This document shows positions 1 through 14,431 of a DNA stretch of 64,000 nucleotides, in pieces. Both the position numbers and the translations under genes were made by a program. The notes under the pieces were generated by a model. It was not told the origin of the DNA and ran no database searches. It saw only the letters and a program-made list of their open reading frames with translations. The first letter of the stretch is position 1. Every line of letters starts with the position of its first letter. The stretch is taken from NCBI GenBank assembly GCA_002269645.1, contig NIVC01001814.1, positions 1-64,000 of the forward strand, given 5' to 3'. This stretch comes from Macrostomum lignano (lineage: Eukaryota).

Positions 1-1168
1 TGATCAGTATTTGATAGTGGCACTTTTCTGTGATCAGTGATTTGATAGTGGCACTTTCTGTGATCAGTGATTTGATAGTGGCACTTTTCTGTGATCAGTG
101 ATTTGATAGTGGCACTTTCCTGTGATCAGTCATTCAAAAGTGGCACTTTTCTGTGATCAGTAGTTTGATAGTGGCACTTTTCTGTGATCAGTGATTTGAT
201 AGTGGCCACTTTTCTGTGATCAGTAATTTGATAGTGCACTTTTCTGTGACAGTGATTGATAGTGCACTTTTTCTGTGATCAGTAATTTGATAGTGGCACT
301 TTTCTGTGATCAGTAATTTGATAGTGGCACTTTTCTGTGATCAGTGATTTGATAGTGGCACTTTTCTGTGATCAGTATTTGATCGTGGACACTTTTCTGT
401 GATCAGTGATTTGATAGTGGCACTTTTCTGTGATCAGTCATTCGAAAGTGGCACTTTTCTGTGATCAGTAATTTGGTAGTGGCACTTTTCTGTAATCAGT
501 GATTTTATAGTGCACTTTTCTGTGATCAGTAATTTGATAGTGGCACTTTTCTGTGATCAGTGATTTTGATAGTGGCACTTTTCTGTAATCAGTTGATTTG
601 ATAGTGGCACTTTTCTGTGATCAGTCATTCGATAGTGGCACTTTTCTGTGATCAGTAATTTGATAGTGGCACTTTTCTGTGATCAGTAATTTGATAGTGG
701 CACTTTCTGTGATCAGTGATTTGATAGTGGCACTTTTCTGTAATCAGTCATTTGATAGTGGCACTTTTCTGTGATCAGTGATTTGAAAGTGGCACTTTTC
801 TGTGATCAGTCATTCGATAGTGGCACTTTTCTGTGATCAGTAATTTGATATGGCACTTTTCTGTGATCAGTAATTTGATAGTGGCACTTTTCTGTGATCA
901 GTAATTTTGATAGTGGCACTTTTCTGTGATCAGTGATTTGATAGTGGCATTTCTGTGATCAGTGATTTGATAGTGGCACTTTTCTGTGATCAGTGATTTG
1001 ATAGTGGCACTTTTCTGTGATCAGTAATTTGATAGTGGCACTTTTCTGTGATCAGTAATTTGATAGTGGCACTTTTCTGTGATCAGTGATTTGATAGTGG
1101 CACTTTTCTGTGATCAGTAATTTGATAGTGGCACTTTTCTGTGATCAGTCATTCGATAGTGGCACTAT
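1..1168. repeat. ~31-bp tandem minisatellite (TGATCAGTAATTTGATAGTGGCACTTTTCTG)n, truncated by window start
   Basis: About 37 visible copies with small indels and substitutions. Confidence 0.95.
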
Positions 1169-1347
1169 CGAATTAGGTTTTTTGAGTCATTTGTAGCCTT
1201 CAGAAACGATATAAAATTCTAAAAGCAATCTAAAGTTTTATTGGAGCATTTTTTGTCTTCGTCCCCAAAAGCCAACAGAAAGTACAAGAGACAGAAATCC
1301 ACCAAGATCGCCTTAGAAGGCAGTTTTTACCAAAGGATATTGGATTT

Positions 1348-1350
1348 CTC

Positions 1351-1387
<37 letters not shown>

Positions 1388-1402
1388 ATCTCTCTCTCTC
1401 TC
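1348..1402. repeat. (CT)n microsatellite
   Basis: Direct reading. Confidence 0.9.
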
Positions 1403-1529
1403 TGTAAAATCACATTGCAACTTTGCCCAGATCTTCACCTCTGCACCGGATGTCTTGTGCTGAGTTAATCTGTGAGCTCCAGGTGACCCCAGTTGCTGCA
1501 AACTGATTGAACTCACCGCTATGTATTTC

Positions 1530-1830
1530 TCATTCCTAATCTCACTCCCAATCTCACTCCCATTTTCACTCCCATTCTCACTCCCATTCTCATTCTCAAT
1601 TTCACTCCCAATCTCACTCCCATTCTCACTCCCAATCTCACTCCTCAATCTCACTCCCATTCTCACTCCCATTCTCATTCTCAATTTCACTCCCAATCTC
1701 ACTCCCAATCTCACTCCCAATCTCACTCCCATTCTCACTCCCATTCTCACTCCCAATTTCACTCCCATTCTCACTCCCATTATCACTCCCATTCTCACTC
1801 CCGTCACTCCCATTCTCACTCCATTCTCTT
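1530..1830. repeat. 12-bp degenerate tandem repeat (TCTCACTCCCAT/CAAT)
   Basis: Direct reading; it produces the low-complexity ORFs on both strands. Confidence 0.9.
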
Positions 1831-2229
1831 AATTTCACTCTCACCTATAATCCATTCACTCTCGTTCTCCACTTAATTCTCTCTGTTTTTAAGCGGCCCG
1901 CCAGCCCGAAGCAATAAACGAATGACTCCCAATCTCACTGCTGGCAAGAGGGTGTGTACCCAGCAATTACACTGCGGACTATTTGCACTGCAATTCCATC
2001 TCAATATTGGACTGACCCAATTGTCGGCCATTGACTGGTAGAAAATATTTAGGGTAAAGCGGTACTCACTTTCAGGACACCCAGTTTGCACAACTAATAT
2101 TTAAGTAATTGTATTGGACACTTGGAGCCGGGTTCCGCGCACTTCTGTGTCATCAGCTTTTCTCAATTTATTGTTTTTTACCACCTTATTTTCTGTGATC
2201 TCAGTGCCGTATTCTTTATTTCAGTCTCA

Positions 2230-2510
2230 TTTCCCCATCTCAATCCCATCTCAATCCCATTCTCAATCCAATCTCAAGCCAATCTCAATCCAATCTCAAT
2301 CCCATCTCAATCCAATCTCAAGCCAATCTCAATCCCATCTCAGTCCCATCTCAACCAGGTCTCAACCCCATCTCAACCAGGTCTCAACCCCATCTCAACC
2401 GAGTCTCAACCCCATCTCAACCCAGTCTCAACCCAGTCTCAACCCAATCTTAACCCCATCTCAACCCAGTCTCAACCCAGTCTCAACCAGTCTCAACCCC
2501 ATCTCAAAAT
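2230..2510. repeat. ~11-bp degenerate repeat (TCTCAATCCCA / TCTCAACCCCA)
   Basis: Direct reading. Confidence 0.8.
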
Positions 2511-3164
2511 CTTATTTCAATCAAATCCCATCTATTTCTCAGTCCCATCTCAAATTCAATCCTTTTGGTGGTATTTTTTCGAGCTGTCCATCTTTCCAAC
2601 TCATGTTATATCCATTGTAAGAGTTGAGTCTTGGGTTTATGAATAAAACTGTACTCAATAATCCGCGTAATACACTACTGTCATCAGAGAGTTTGGATAT
2701 CCAGCCTCACCGCTAACAAGTCTGCGTTTCGTATAACTGCACTATGAATCTGCTTACAGCCCCATTACAAAAGGGGAAGAATTTCCCCATTAGGAAACAT
2801 CTGCACACGAGCAGCATTATAGGCATGCGCGACCATGTGAGATCTATTAAAATTCCAACAATGATGGGAGAATTGACCAGATGCGCGCATATGATGCAGG
2901 ATCCAGATGGAAAGGAGCTGGGGCTGGTCGGGATTGGCACCCATTGACAATGGGTTCCAATTTGGGCACTTGAGAATTGAAGCTGAAACAGACAGATGGA
3001 GAGGGAATTGAAACAGGATCTTATCAAGGGGATATTTGCTCCCGGGTTCACCTGCAAATCGGTTTTTTTCACCGATTGTTATTCGCGGAGGCTGGCTTGT
3101 ATGGACAGATGTGGAGCTGCGGAAGTATTGAGGAGATGGCCAGGGTGAGCTTAAGATGGAGAGT

Positions 3165-3625
3165 GAAAGTGAGAGAGAGAGTGGCGGAGAGAATCAGAGA
3201 GAGAGTGAAAGTGACAGAGAGTGAGGGTGAGGGAGAGAGTGAGGGTGAGGGAGAGAGTGAGGGTGAGGGAGAGAGTGAGGGTGAGGGAGAGATGAGGGTG
3301 AGGGAGAGAGTGACGGTGAGGGAGAGAGTGAGGGTGAGGGAGAGAATGAGGGTGAGGGAGAGAGTGACGGTGAGGGAGAGAATGAGGGTGAGGGAGAGAG
3401 TGAGGGTGAGGGAGAGAGTGAGGGTGAGGGAGAGGGAGAGAGTGAGGGTGAGGGAGAGAATGAGGGTGAGGAGAGAGTGAGGGTGAGGGAGAGAGTGAGG
3501 GTGAGGGAGAGAGTGAGGGTGAGGGAGAGAGTGACGGTGAGGGAGAGAGTGAGGGTGAGGGAGAGAGTGAGGGTGAGGGAGAGAGTGACGGTGAGGGAGA
3601 GAGTGAGGGTGAGGGAGAGAGTGAG
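3165..3625. repeat. 18-bp purine-rich tandem repeat (GAGGGTGAGGGAGAGAGT)n
   Basis: Direct reading. Confidence 0.92.
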
Positions 3626-4631
3626 GGCAAGGCAGAGAGGAGGGCGCAGAGCTGCAGAGGCCCGCCAGTCCGGAAGCGAGCGGGGCAGAGGACAGAATAG
3701 AAAAAGCGCTACAGAAGAGAGCCGTGCTGCCAATTCAGCCGGAGAGACAATGCAAACCTCAGAAAAATGAGAAGTGAAAACCTGTATGCGATGGCGGAGA
3801 GAGCGAACGCGTGCCGATTATAATGCATTTTTGGCTTTGGGAAATTTTAGAATGAAGCTGATGATTTCTCCCTTCGCTGCAGTATGAATGGGAATTTGCG
3901 GCTGCTTGAGCAGGAGCAGAAAAAAGCTCGCAGTCATTCGCGTCACGGCGCAGCGGGGGTGGTCGGTTTCGCAAAAAAGCGGTCCCTGCGCCACCCCGGA
4001 CAGACGGGTCGACAGGCAAATAGAAGCATCGGATCCATCCTGCGTCTGCAGGATTTCTCTCCTCAGGCTTCCCCTTTTCCCACCCCGCAGGGAGGGGCCA
4101 TGCCGAGATGTTTGCCAGCTCGAAATGCAGGGGGTTTCGGGAGTCTGGGGGATGCCTAGGCTGCCTCCATCAGCTCCGTCTCGGGTCGGCTTGAGTCACG
4201 CTCCCGCTCACACAGGAGAGGTCTGGAGCAAACAGAAATGCCGGGACAGGTTCGACAGGCTGAGCGGGGGCTGGGGTGATTTGCTGGCTTCCCGTGTCAT
4301 CCCCGATTTCTCTCTGAAAGTCTCTTCTCTGTCTGGCTGACAGATGAGACAGCAAAGTAAGCCACAGCCACACCGGCTGAGTACTTATATTGCTTTTCTT
4401 CTCTACAGCAGAACCAGCAAGCTGCCCCTCAGCTGGTATACTAAACTGAAATTCTTGCTGACAACCGAGACGTCACACTGACAGAGTCGAGAGAGTGGTG
4501 CCCGAGGCTTCAATCAAGGAGCTGGATTTCATTCAGCTGTGGGACATGTCAATATAAACAGAGAGACTGGCTGGCTGCTTTCTCGGTTCATGGTTTTAGC
4601 GGCTGTTGCTGGGGTGCAAAGTCTAAGAATT

Positions 4632-7122
4632 CTACCGATGATTGTGACCCTTGCACATTGCAGAGAGTGCTCCTACCGATGTTTGTGACCCTTGCACATT
4701 GCAGAGAGTGGTCCTACCGATGATTGTGACCCTTGCACATTGCAGAGAGTGCTCCTACCGATGATTGTGACCCTTGCACATTGCAGAGAGTGCTCCTACC
4801 GATGATTGTGACCCTTGCACATTGCAGAGAGTGCTCCTACCGATGATTGTGACCGTTGCACATTACGGAGAGTGCTCCTACCGATGATTGTGACCCTTGC
4901 ACATTGCAGAGAGTGCTCCTACCGATGATTGTGACCCTTGCACATTGCAGAGAGTGCTCCTACCGATGATTGTGACCCTTGTACATTGCAGAGAGTGCCC
5001 TTCCGATGGAGTGTGACCCTTACACATTGCAGAGAGTGCTCCTACCGATGGAGTGTGACCCTTGCACATTGCAGAGAGTGCTCCTACCGATGATTGTGAC
5101 CCTTGCACATTGCAGAGAGTGCTCCTACCGATGATTGTGACCTTTGCACATTGCAGAGAGTGCTCCTACCGATGATTGTGACCCTTGCACATTGCAGAGA
5201 GTGCTCCTACCGATGATTGTGACCCTTGCACATTGCAGAGAGTGCTCCTACCGATGATTGTGACCCTTGCACATTGCAGAGAGTGCTCCTACCGATGATT
5301 GTGACCCTTGCACATTGCAGAGAGTGCTCCTACCGATGATTGTGACCCTTGCACATTGCAGAGAGTGCTCCTACCGATGATTGTGACCCTTGCACATTGC
5401 AGAGAGTGCTCCTACCGATGATTGTGACCCTTGCACATTGCAGAGAGTGCTCCTACCGATGATTGTGACCCTTGCACATTGCAGAGAGTGCTCCTACCGA
5501 TGTTTGTGACCCTTGCACATTGCAGAGAGTGCTCCTACGATGATTGTGACCCTTGCACATTGCAGAGAGTGCTCCTACCGATGATTGTGACCCTTGCACA
5601 TTGCAGAGAGTGCTCCTACCGATGATTGTGACCCTTGCACATTGCAGAGAGTGCTCCTACCGATGATTGTGACCCTTGCACATTGCAGAGAGTGCTCCTA
5701 CCGATGATTGTGACCCTTGCACATTGCAGAGAGTGCTCCTACCGATGATTGTGACCCTTGCACATTGCAGAGAGTGCTCCTACCGATGATTGTGACCCTT
5801 GCACATTGCAGAGAGTGCTCCTACCGATGATTGTGACCCTTGCACATTGCAGAGAGTGCTCCTACCGATGATTGTGACCCTTGCACATTGCAGAGAGTGC
5901 TCCTACCGATGATTGTGACCCTTGCACATTGCAGAGAGTGCTCCTACCGATGATTGTGACCCTTGCACATTGCAGAGAGTGCTCCTACCGATGATTGTGA
6001 CCCTTGCACATTGCAGAGAGTGCTCCTACCGATGATTGTGACCCTTGCACATTGCAGAGAGTGCTCCTACCGATGATTGTGACCCTTGCACATTACGGAG
6101 AGTGCTCCTACCGATGATTGTGACCGTTGCACATTGCAGAGAGTGCTCCTACCGATGATTGTGACCCTTGCACATTGCAGAGAGTGCTCCTACCGATGAT
6201 TGTGACCCTTGCACATTGCAGAGAGTGCTCCTACCGATGATTGTGACCCTTGCACATTGCAGAGAGTGCTCCTACCGATGATTGTGACCCTTGCACATTG
6301 CAGAGAGTGCTCCTACCGATGATTGTGACCCTTGCACATTGCAGAGAGTGGTCCTACCGATGATTGTGACCCTTGCACATTGCAGAGAGTGCTCCTACCG
6401 ATGTTTGTGACCCTTGCACATTGCAGAGAGTGCTCCTACGATGATTGTGACCCTTGCACATTGCAGAGAGTGCTCCTACCGATGATTGTGACCCTTGCAC
6501 ATTGCAGAGAGTGCTCCTACCGATGATTGTGACCCTTGCACATTGCAGAGAGTGCTCCTACCGATGGAGTGTGACCCTTGCACATTACAGAGAGTGCTCC
6601 TACCGATGATTGTGACCCTTGCACATTGCAGAGAGTGCTCCTACCGATGATTGTGACCCTTGCACATTGCAGAGAGTGCTCCTACCGATGATTGTGACCT
6701 TTGCACATTGCAGAGAGTGCTCCTACCGATGATTGTGACCCTTGCACATTGCAGAGAGTGCTCCTACCGATGATTGTGACCCTTGCACATTGCAGAGAGT
6801 GCTCCTACCGATGATTGTGACCCTTGTACATTGCAGAGAGTGCCCTTCCGATGGAGTGTGACCCTTACACATTGCAGAGAGTGCTCCTACCGATGGAGTG
6901 TGACCCTTGCACATTGCAGAGAGTGCTCCTACCGATGATTGTGACCCTTGCACATTGCAGAGAGTGCTCCTACCGATGATTGTGACCTTTGCACATTGCA
7001 GAGAGTGCTCCTACCGATGATTGTGACCCTTGCACATTGCAGAGAGTGCTCCTACCGATGATTGTGACCCTTGCACATTGCAGAGAGTGCTCCTACCGAT
7101 GATTGTGACCCTTGCACATTAC
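4632..7122. repeat. 41-bp tandem satellite (TACCGATGATTGTGACCCTTGCACATTGCAGAGAGTGCTCC)n, ~60 copies
   Basis: Period measured from 4633 to 4674 is 41 bp; the array is highly homogeneous. Confidence 0.97.
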
Positions 7123-7744
7123 GAGCTACGATATTCGACCTTCGACTCAACTCTTCGTTAAATGAATCATTACTCAAGTTGCAGGAGCATTTCTACGGTC
7201 ACACTGCTTACCAATGGGCCAAGCAATTTCAGTAAAGGTCACCGAACTCTCATTCTCGCTGACTATATAGCAGCAGTGATGAATGGCCGCGGTCGGGGCT
7301 GAGTTCTCAGCTCCTCTTTGCTGTCGAATTGTCGATCAATCACTGGCCGAATTATTGCTTCCACTGGCTCCACTCTGCATGAGGCCTTTTAGCTCGGCTC
7401 GCTTCCCTACCGCACACTCGCAGTTTCACACACAGTCAGCTCAGGGCCTCATTTTTTTCATTCTTGCCTTTGACCCGCCACAGCTCGCAGTCACCAGCGA
7501 CTCTATCCTCCTGCTTCTCAACAAGTGACGTTTCTGCTTGCATGTACTGCTGTTCTTGTCATGCTCCTAGATGTCTGCTTGACACCTCCGAATTTCATGG
7601 AATCTCATGGAATGACGTTGGAGAATCTCATACAGCTTCGGGGGAATCTCATTAAATGTTGTTAGAAAATCTCATAGAATGATTTTTGGGAAATCTCGTG
7701 GCGGTTATTTGGGGAATTCCATAAAATGCTTTTGGAAAACTCCC

Positions 7745-9975
7745 ATGTTGGGGAATCTCATGGGGTTGTGTTGGGGGAATCTCATGGGGTTGTGTTGGGG
7801 AATCTATCTCATGGGGTTGTGTGAGGGAATCTCAAGGAATGATGTTGGGGAATCTCATGGGGTTGTGTTGGGGAATCTCAAGGAATGATGTTGGGGAATC
7901 TCATGGGGTTGTGTTGGGGAATCTCATGGGGTTGTGTTGGGGAATCTCATGGGGTTGTGTTGGGAAATCTCATGGGGTTGTGTTGGGGAATCTCATGGGG
8001 TTGTGTTGGGGAATCTCAAGGAATGATGTCGGGGAATCTCATCGAATGATGTCGGGCAATCTCATGGAATGATGTCGGGGAATCTCATGGAATGATGTCG
8101 GGGAATCTCATGGAATGATGTCGGGGAATCTCATGGAATGATGTCGGGGAATCTCATGGAATGATGTCGGGGAATCTCATGGAATGATGTGGGGGAATCT
8201 CATGGGGTTGTGTTGGGGAAATCTCATGGGGTTGTGTTGGGGAATCTCATGGGGTTGTGTTGGGGAATCTCAAGGAATGATGTTGGGGAATCTCATGGGG
8301 TTGTGTTGGGGAATCTCAAGGAATGATGTTGGGGAATCTCATGGGGTTGTGTTGGGGAATCTCATGGGGTTGTGTTGGGGAATCTCATGGGGTTGTGTTG
8401 GGGAATCTCAAGGAATGATGTTGGGGAATCTCATGGGGTTGTGTTGGGGAATCTCAAGGAATGATGTTGGGGAATCTCATGGGGTTGTGTTGGGGAATCT
8501 CATGGGGTTGTGTTGGGGAATCTCAAGGAATGATGTCGGGGAATCTCATGGAATGATGTCGGGGAATCTCATGGAATGATGTTGGGGAATCTCATGGGGT
8601 TGTGTTGGGGAATCTCATGGAATGATGTCGGGGAATCTCATGGAATGATGTCGGGGAATCTCATGGAATGATGTCGGGGAATCTCATGGAATGATGTGGG
8701 GGAATCTCATGGGGTTGTGTTGGGGGAATCTCATGGGGTTGTGTTGGGGAATCTCATGGGGTTGTGTTGGGGAATCTCAAGGAATGATGTTGGGGAATCT
8801 CATGGGGTTGTGTTGGGGAATCTCAAGGAATGATGTTGGGGAATCTCATGGGGTTGTGTTGGGGAATCTCATGGGGTTGTGTTGGGGAATCTCATGGGGT
8901 TGTGTTGGGGAATCTCAAGGAATGATGTTGGGGAATCTCATGGGGTTGTGTTGGGGAATCTCAAGGAATGATGTTGGGGAATCTCATGGGGTTGTGTTGG
9001 GGAATCTCATGGGGTTGTGTTGGGGAATCTCAAGGAATGATGTCGGGGAATCTCATGGAATGATGTCGGGGAATCTCATGGAATGATGTTGGGAATCTCA
9101 TGGGGTTGTGTTGGGAATCTCAAGGAATGATGTTGGGGAATCTCATGGGGTTGTGTTGGGGAATCTCATGGGGTTGTGTTGGGGAATCTCAAGGAATGAT
9201 GTCGGGGAATCTCATGGAATGATGTCGGGCAATCTCATGGAATGATGTCGGGGAATCTCATGGAATGATGTCGGGGAATCTCATGGAATGATGTCGGGGA
9301 ATCTCATGGAATGATGTCGGGGAATCTCATGGAATGATGTGGGGGAATCTCATGGGGTTGTGTTGGGGAATCTCATGGGGTTGTGTTGGGGAATCTCATG
9401 GGGTTGTGTTGGGGAATCTCAGGGAATGATGTTGGGGAATCTCATGGGGTTGTGTTGGGGAATCTCAAGGAATGATGTTGGGGAATCTCATGGGTTGTGT
9501 TGGGGAATCTCATGGGGTTGTGTTGGGGAATCTCAAGGAATGATGTCGGGGAATCTCATGGAATGATGTCGGGGAATCTCATGGAATGATGTCGGGGAAT
9601 CTCATGGAATGATGTCGGGGAATCTCATGGAATGATGTCGGGGAATCTCATGGAATGATGTCGGGGAATCTCATGGAATGATGTGGGGGAATCTCATGGG
9701 GTTGTGTTGGGGGAATCTCATGGGGTTGTGTTGGGGAATCTCATGGGGTTGTGTTGGGGAATCTCAGGGAATGATGTTGGGGAATCTCATGGGGTTGTGT
9801 TGGGGAATCTCAAGGAATGATGTTGGGGAATCTCATGGGGTTGTGTTGGGGAATCTCATGGGGTTGTGTTGGGGAATCTCAAGGAATGATGTCGGGGAAT
9901 CTCATGGAATGATGTCGGGGAATCTCATGGAATGATGTCGGGGAATCTCATGGAATGATGTCGGGGAATCTCATA
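7745..9975. repeat. 23-bp satellite with interleaved variants (GGGGAATCTCATGGGGTTGTGTT / GGGGAATCTCA[T/A]GGAATGATGT[C/T])
   Basis: Direct reading; identical ORFs at 8184 and 8691 show a 507-bp higher-order duplication. Confidence 0.95.
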
Positions 9976-10052
9976 GTTTCTCATGGTCTTTCAAAAAGGG
10001 TCCCTCAGAGTTGCAGGCAGACTCCAGGGTCCAGGGCCCGCTCCGCTCTCAC

Positions 10053-10101
10053 CTGATCTGCTATCGCAGTCGGCCGGCTTCACCTGCATCGGGCGGGTCA
10101 T
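10053..10101 (-). CDS. CELF: CELF/Bruno-like gene, exon 3 (MTRPMQVKPADCDSRS; end of RRM1)
   Basis: TTTTCAG acceptor, G|GTGAG donor, 49 bp. Matches the CELF3-6 motif MNRPIQVKPADSESR and is in phase with exon 2. Downstream RRM2/RRM3 exons were not found in the window. Confidence 0.88.
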
Positions 10102-10139
10102 CTGAAAATCGGGTTGAGTCGGGTGGGGAAGGAGCTGCA

Positions 10140-10735
10140 ATGTGAATCGTGGGAAATGTGAATCATGGGGAATGTGAATCATGGGGAATATGAATCATGG
10201 GGAATGTGAATCATGGGAATGTGAATCATGGGGAATGTGAATCATGGCGAATGTGAATCATGGGGAATGTGAATCATGGGGAATGTGAATCATGGCGAAT
10301 GTGAATCATGGGGAATGTGAATCATGGGGAATGTGAATCATGGCGAATGTGAATCATGGGGAATGTGAATCATGGGGAATATGAATCATGGGGAACGTGA
10401 ATCATGGGAATGTGAATAATGGGGAATGTGAATAATGGGGAACGTGAATCATGGGGAATGTGAATCATGGCGAATGTGAATCATGGGGAATGTGAATAAT
10501 GGGGAATGTGAATAATGGGGAATAGGAATCATGGGGAATGTGAATCATGGGGAATGTGAATCATGGGGAATGTGAATCATGGGAATGTGAATCATGGGAA
10601 TGTGAATCATGGGAATGTGAATCATGGGGAATGTGAATCATGGAGAATGTGAAGCTTGGGGAATGTGAATCATGGGGAATGTGAATCACGGGGAATGAGA
10701 ATCTTGGAGAAATGGGAAGCTTGGAGAATGAGAAG
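10140..10735. repeat. 16-bp tandem repeat (GGGGAATGTGAATCAT)n
   Basis: Direct reading. Confidence 0.93.
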
Positions 10736-11399
10736 CTTCAGAATTTGACATTTTGCGTTAGTGCCAAATAGTACAGCGTAAGATTATGGGCAGCCGCCGT
10801 AGCAACTCACGCCGAGCAGCATCTCCGGAATCTGCGCTGGGCCTCTGCTGCGGTCTAAGTGAAACTGATATATTTTTGTCTCTGGCCTCTTCCGAATCAG
10901 CGAGAATGGAGAGGGGAGCTGAGGAGCTGCCGTCGGGTTGGAGGCCGAGTCTCGAATTATTTTTGAGATTGCAGCCGAGCGAGGGGGCGGTGGTTTTCAC
11001 TGGTTGAGGGTGGAGGAGGATTAATTTTGTTCCCGGGATGCGCGGCAGGCGATACGAGCGACTCGAGCCCTGCCCTGAGGGGCGGAGGGGAAGGAGAAGT
11101 CAGGATGGGGATGGGGAGTGACGACAGAAGCCGAGGGATCTTGGGCCAGCGCTGATGATGTAGAGAGTGAGGGAGAAATCGGGGAAGGAAGAGATGAAGG
11201 GGAAAGCCGTGATGAGGAGGTGGGTGAGCAGAGGGATAGATTCCCCTTGCCCTTGCAGAGATATTGCAAGAGCCTCTCTATCAGCGCCCGCCTCGTATCG
11301 CCACCCCCGCCATCGCACCTGCGCCCTCGTCGGATTCGTCAGCAAAATCCACAGGATGAATCTGCGTTGCATCTTCAGTTGCTCTATTCTCCATCAGTT

Positions 11400-12715
11400 T
11401 CCTCAGCCTCTCATCTCTGCTCTATCAGCTCTTTCAGTCTCCCATCTCTGCTCCATCAGCTACTCTCTCCCAGTCTCCCATCTCTCCTCCATCGGCTTTT
11501 TCAGTCTCCCATCTCTGCTCCATCAGCTCTTCTAGTCTCCTATCTCTGCTCCATCAGCTACTCTCACCCAGTCTCCCATCTCTGCTCCATCAGCTCTTCT
11601 AGTCTCCTATCTCTGCTCCATCAGCTACTCTCACCCAGTCTCCCATCTCTGCTCCATCAGCTACACCCAGTTTCCCATCTCTGCTCCATCAGCTACACCC
11701 ATTCTCCCATCTCTGCTCCATCAGCTACTCTCTCCCAGTCTCCCATCTCTCCTCCATCGGCTTTTTCAGTCTCCCATCTCTGCTCCATCAGCTCTTCTAG
11801 TCTCCTATCTCTGCTCCATTAGCTACTCTCTCCCAGTCTCCCATCTCTGCCCCATCAGCTACTCTCACCCAGTCTCCCATCTCTGCTCCATCAGCTTTTC
11901 CAGTCTCTCATCTCTGCTCCATCAGCTACTCTCTCCCAGTCTCCCATCTCTGCTCCATCAGCTACTCTCACCCAGTCTCCCATCTCTGCTCCATCAGCTA
12001 CTCTCTCCCAGTCTCCCATCTCTGCTCCATCAGCTACTCTCTCCCAGTCTCCCATCTCTGCTCCATCAGCTACTCTCTCCCAGTCTCCCATCTCTGCTCC
12101 ATCAGCTACTCTCTCCCAGTCTCCCATCTCTGCTCCATCAGCTACTCTCTCCCAGTCTCCCATCTCTGCTCCATCAGCTACTCTCTCCCAGTCTCCCATC
12201 TCTGCTCCATCAGCTACTCTCTCCCAGTCTCCCATCTCTGCTCCATCAGCTACTCTCTCCCAGTCTCCCATCTCTGCTCCATCAGCTACTCTCTCCCAGT
12301 CTCCCATCTCTGCTCCATCAGCTACTCTCTCCCAGTCTCCCATCTCTGCTCCATCAGCTACTCTCTCCCAGTCTCCCATCTCTGCTCCATCAGCTACTCT
12401 CACCCAGTCTCCCATCTCTGCTCCATCAGCTTCTCCAGTCTCCCATCTCTACTCCATCAGCTACACCCATTCTCCCATCTCTGCTCCATCAGCTACTCTC
12501 ACCCAGTCTCCCATCTCTGCTCCATCAGCTTTTCCAGTCTCCCATCTCTGCTCCATCAGCTACACCCATTCTCCCATCTCTGCTCCATCAGCTACTCTCA
12601 CCCAGTCTCCCATCTCTGCTCCATCAGCTTTTCCAGTCTCCCATCTCTGCTCCATCAGCTACTCTCACCCAGTCTCCCATCTCTGCTCCATCAGCTACTC
12701 TCACCCAGTCTCCCA
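11400..12715. repeat. 36-bp pyrimidine-rich tandem repeat (CCCAGTCTCCCATCTCTGCTCCATCAGCTACTCTCT)n
   Basis: 12-aa periodic ORF (MGDWERVADGAE) gives a 36-bp unit; flanks are degenerate. Confidence 0.93.
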
Positions 12716-13864
12716 TATCTGCTTTGCTCTTGACTCACCTCCATCCATTGCAATATTACAATATTATTGCAATTCCTCTGGATAAATGAACTCACCGCAA
12801 CCATCATCCATCTGATCCCAAGCTGCATTACCAATCTCACCTCATATTTTCACAGCCTAATATTTTTTCTCTGCCCTCTTCCTGCCTCTCGAACTCGGCC
12901 TCTCCCCAGCTCAAGCCACTCGAGCTGGTTGCCCAGCGACTGGCCAATGCGTTTTAGCGAAATGTAATAAAGGAAGGAGAAGGGGAGAGCTGAGTGGATG
13001 CATGACTGACTGATTTCTGAGCCACCTTCCTCTCTCGTTCTCTCACCCCATCTGCAGGTTGTTGCCCTCTTTCCTCTCCTTACCGCGGCTGAAACCTTCC
13101 TGAAGCCAGCTGTACACAAAGACCAGATTTTCTGACTCAGACATGCAGCAGATTGACACATATTGTTAAGTCGAATCGAGTTTTGCGAATTTGGTCGCAC
13201 CAAGAACCTGGGCTGCAATATTTAAAAAACCCTTACTTAAACAGTTCCTCTTTAAGCTATAACAAAAAATAATCTACAAATAATTTTGCAGTTCCTCCGA
13301 GCTATGAACAAAATATTCAGATCTATGAAAGCAGCTCTGCTGCCTCTCCAGGATCTCCCTGTCTGAGAACTCGCTGTCCTCACAATTTCCAGCTGCTCCC
13401 CGCTCCATCTCATCCCCTAACCTCCCCTTTTCTCCCTCGGCAAGGCGCAACACGGGTGAGGCGCTCCTAAAATCCCCCCTCCCGTGGCGCGGCTGTAGCG
13501 AAAGAGCTCGCAGGAAAAATGGAAATCTGAGTGGGAGAGCGAGGCGAAGGAGTGAAGAGTGAAGCAGAGAGGGAGAGGGGATCGAGGCGGGATTTGACTT
13601 GAAGAAGGGGAAGCAAGCTGCGTCATCGTTTGCGAGAGAGGGAGAGACGAGAGTGCAGATGTTTAGAGAAAATGAATTTCAGCTGCGCAGTGGCTTCATC
13701 ATGTTTCACTCAGCATTGGGGCTTTGATGGGGCGGAGAAGCTGAGGCGCGTGCTGATCCGGTGGCACTCGGAAAAATTAATAACCAACTGTGTGCGGATA
13801 GAGCACTAATTATTCCCCTGCGATGCTCCGGACTCAACAGGAAGAGGGGGGAGCTGAACCAATC

Positions 13865-14431
<567 letters not shown>

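Noticed and set aside
3100-3150. GSIEEM resembling CELF RRM2 (FGxIEEC)
   Set aside because: It is on the wrong strand and lacks the surrounding RNP motifs; RRM2 probably lies left of the window.
4632-7122. CRISPR-like array (also considered for the 62-bp, 83/85-bp and 34-bp repeats)
   Set aside because: Units are head-to-tail with no unique spacers, there are no cas genes, and the context is a spliceosomal eukaryote.
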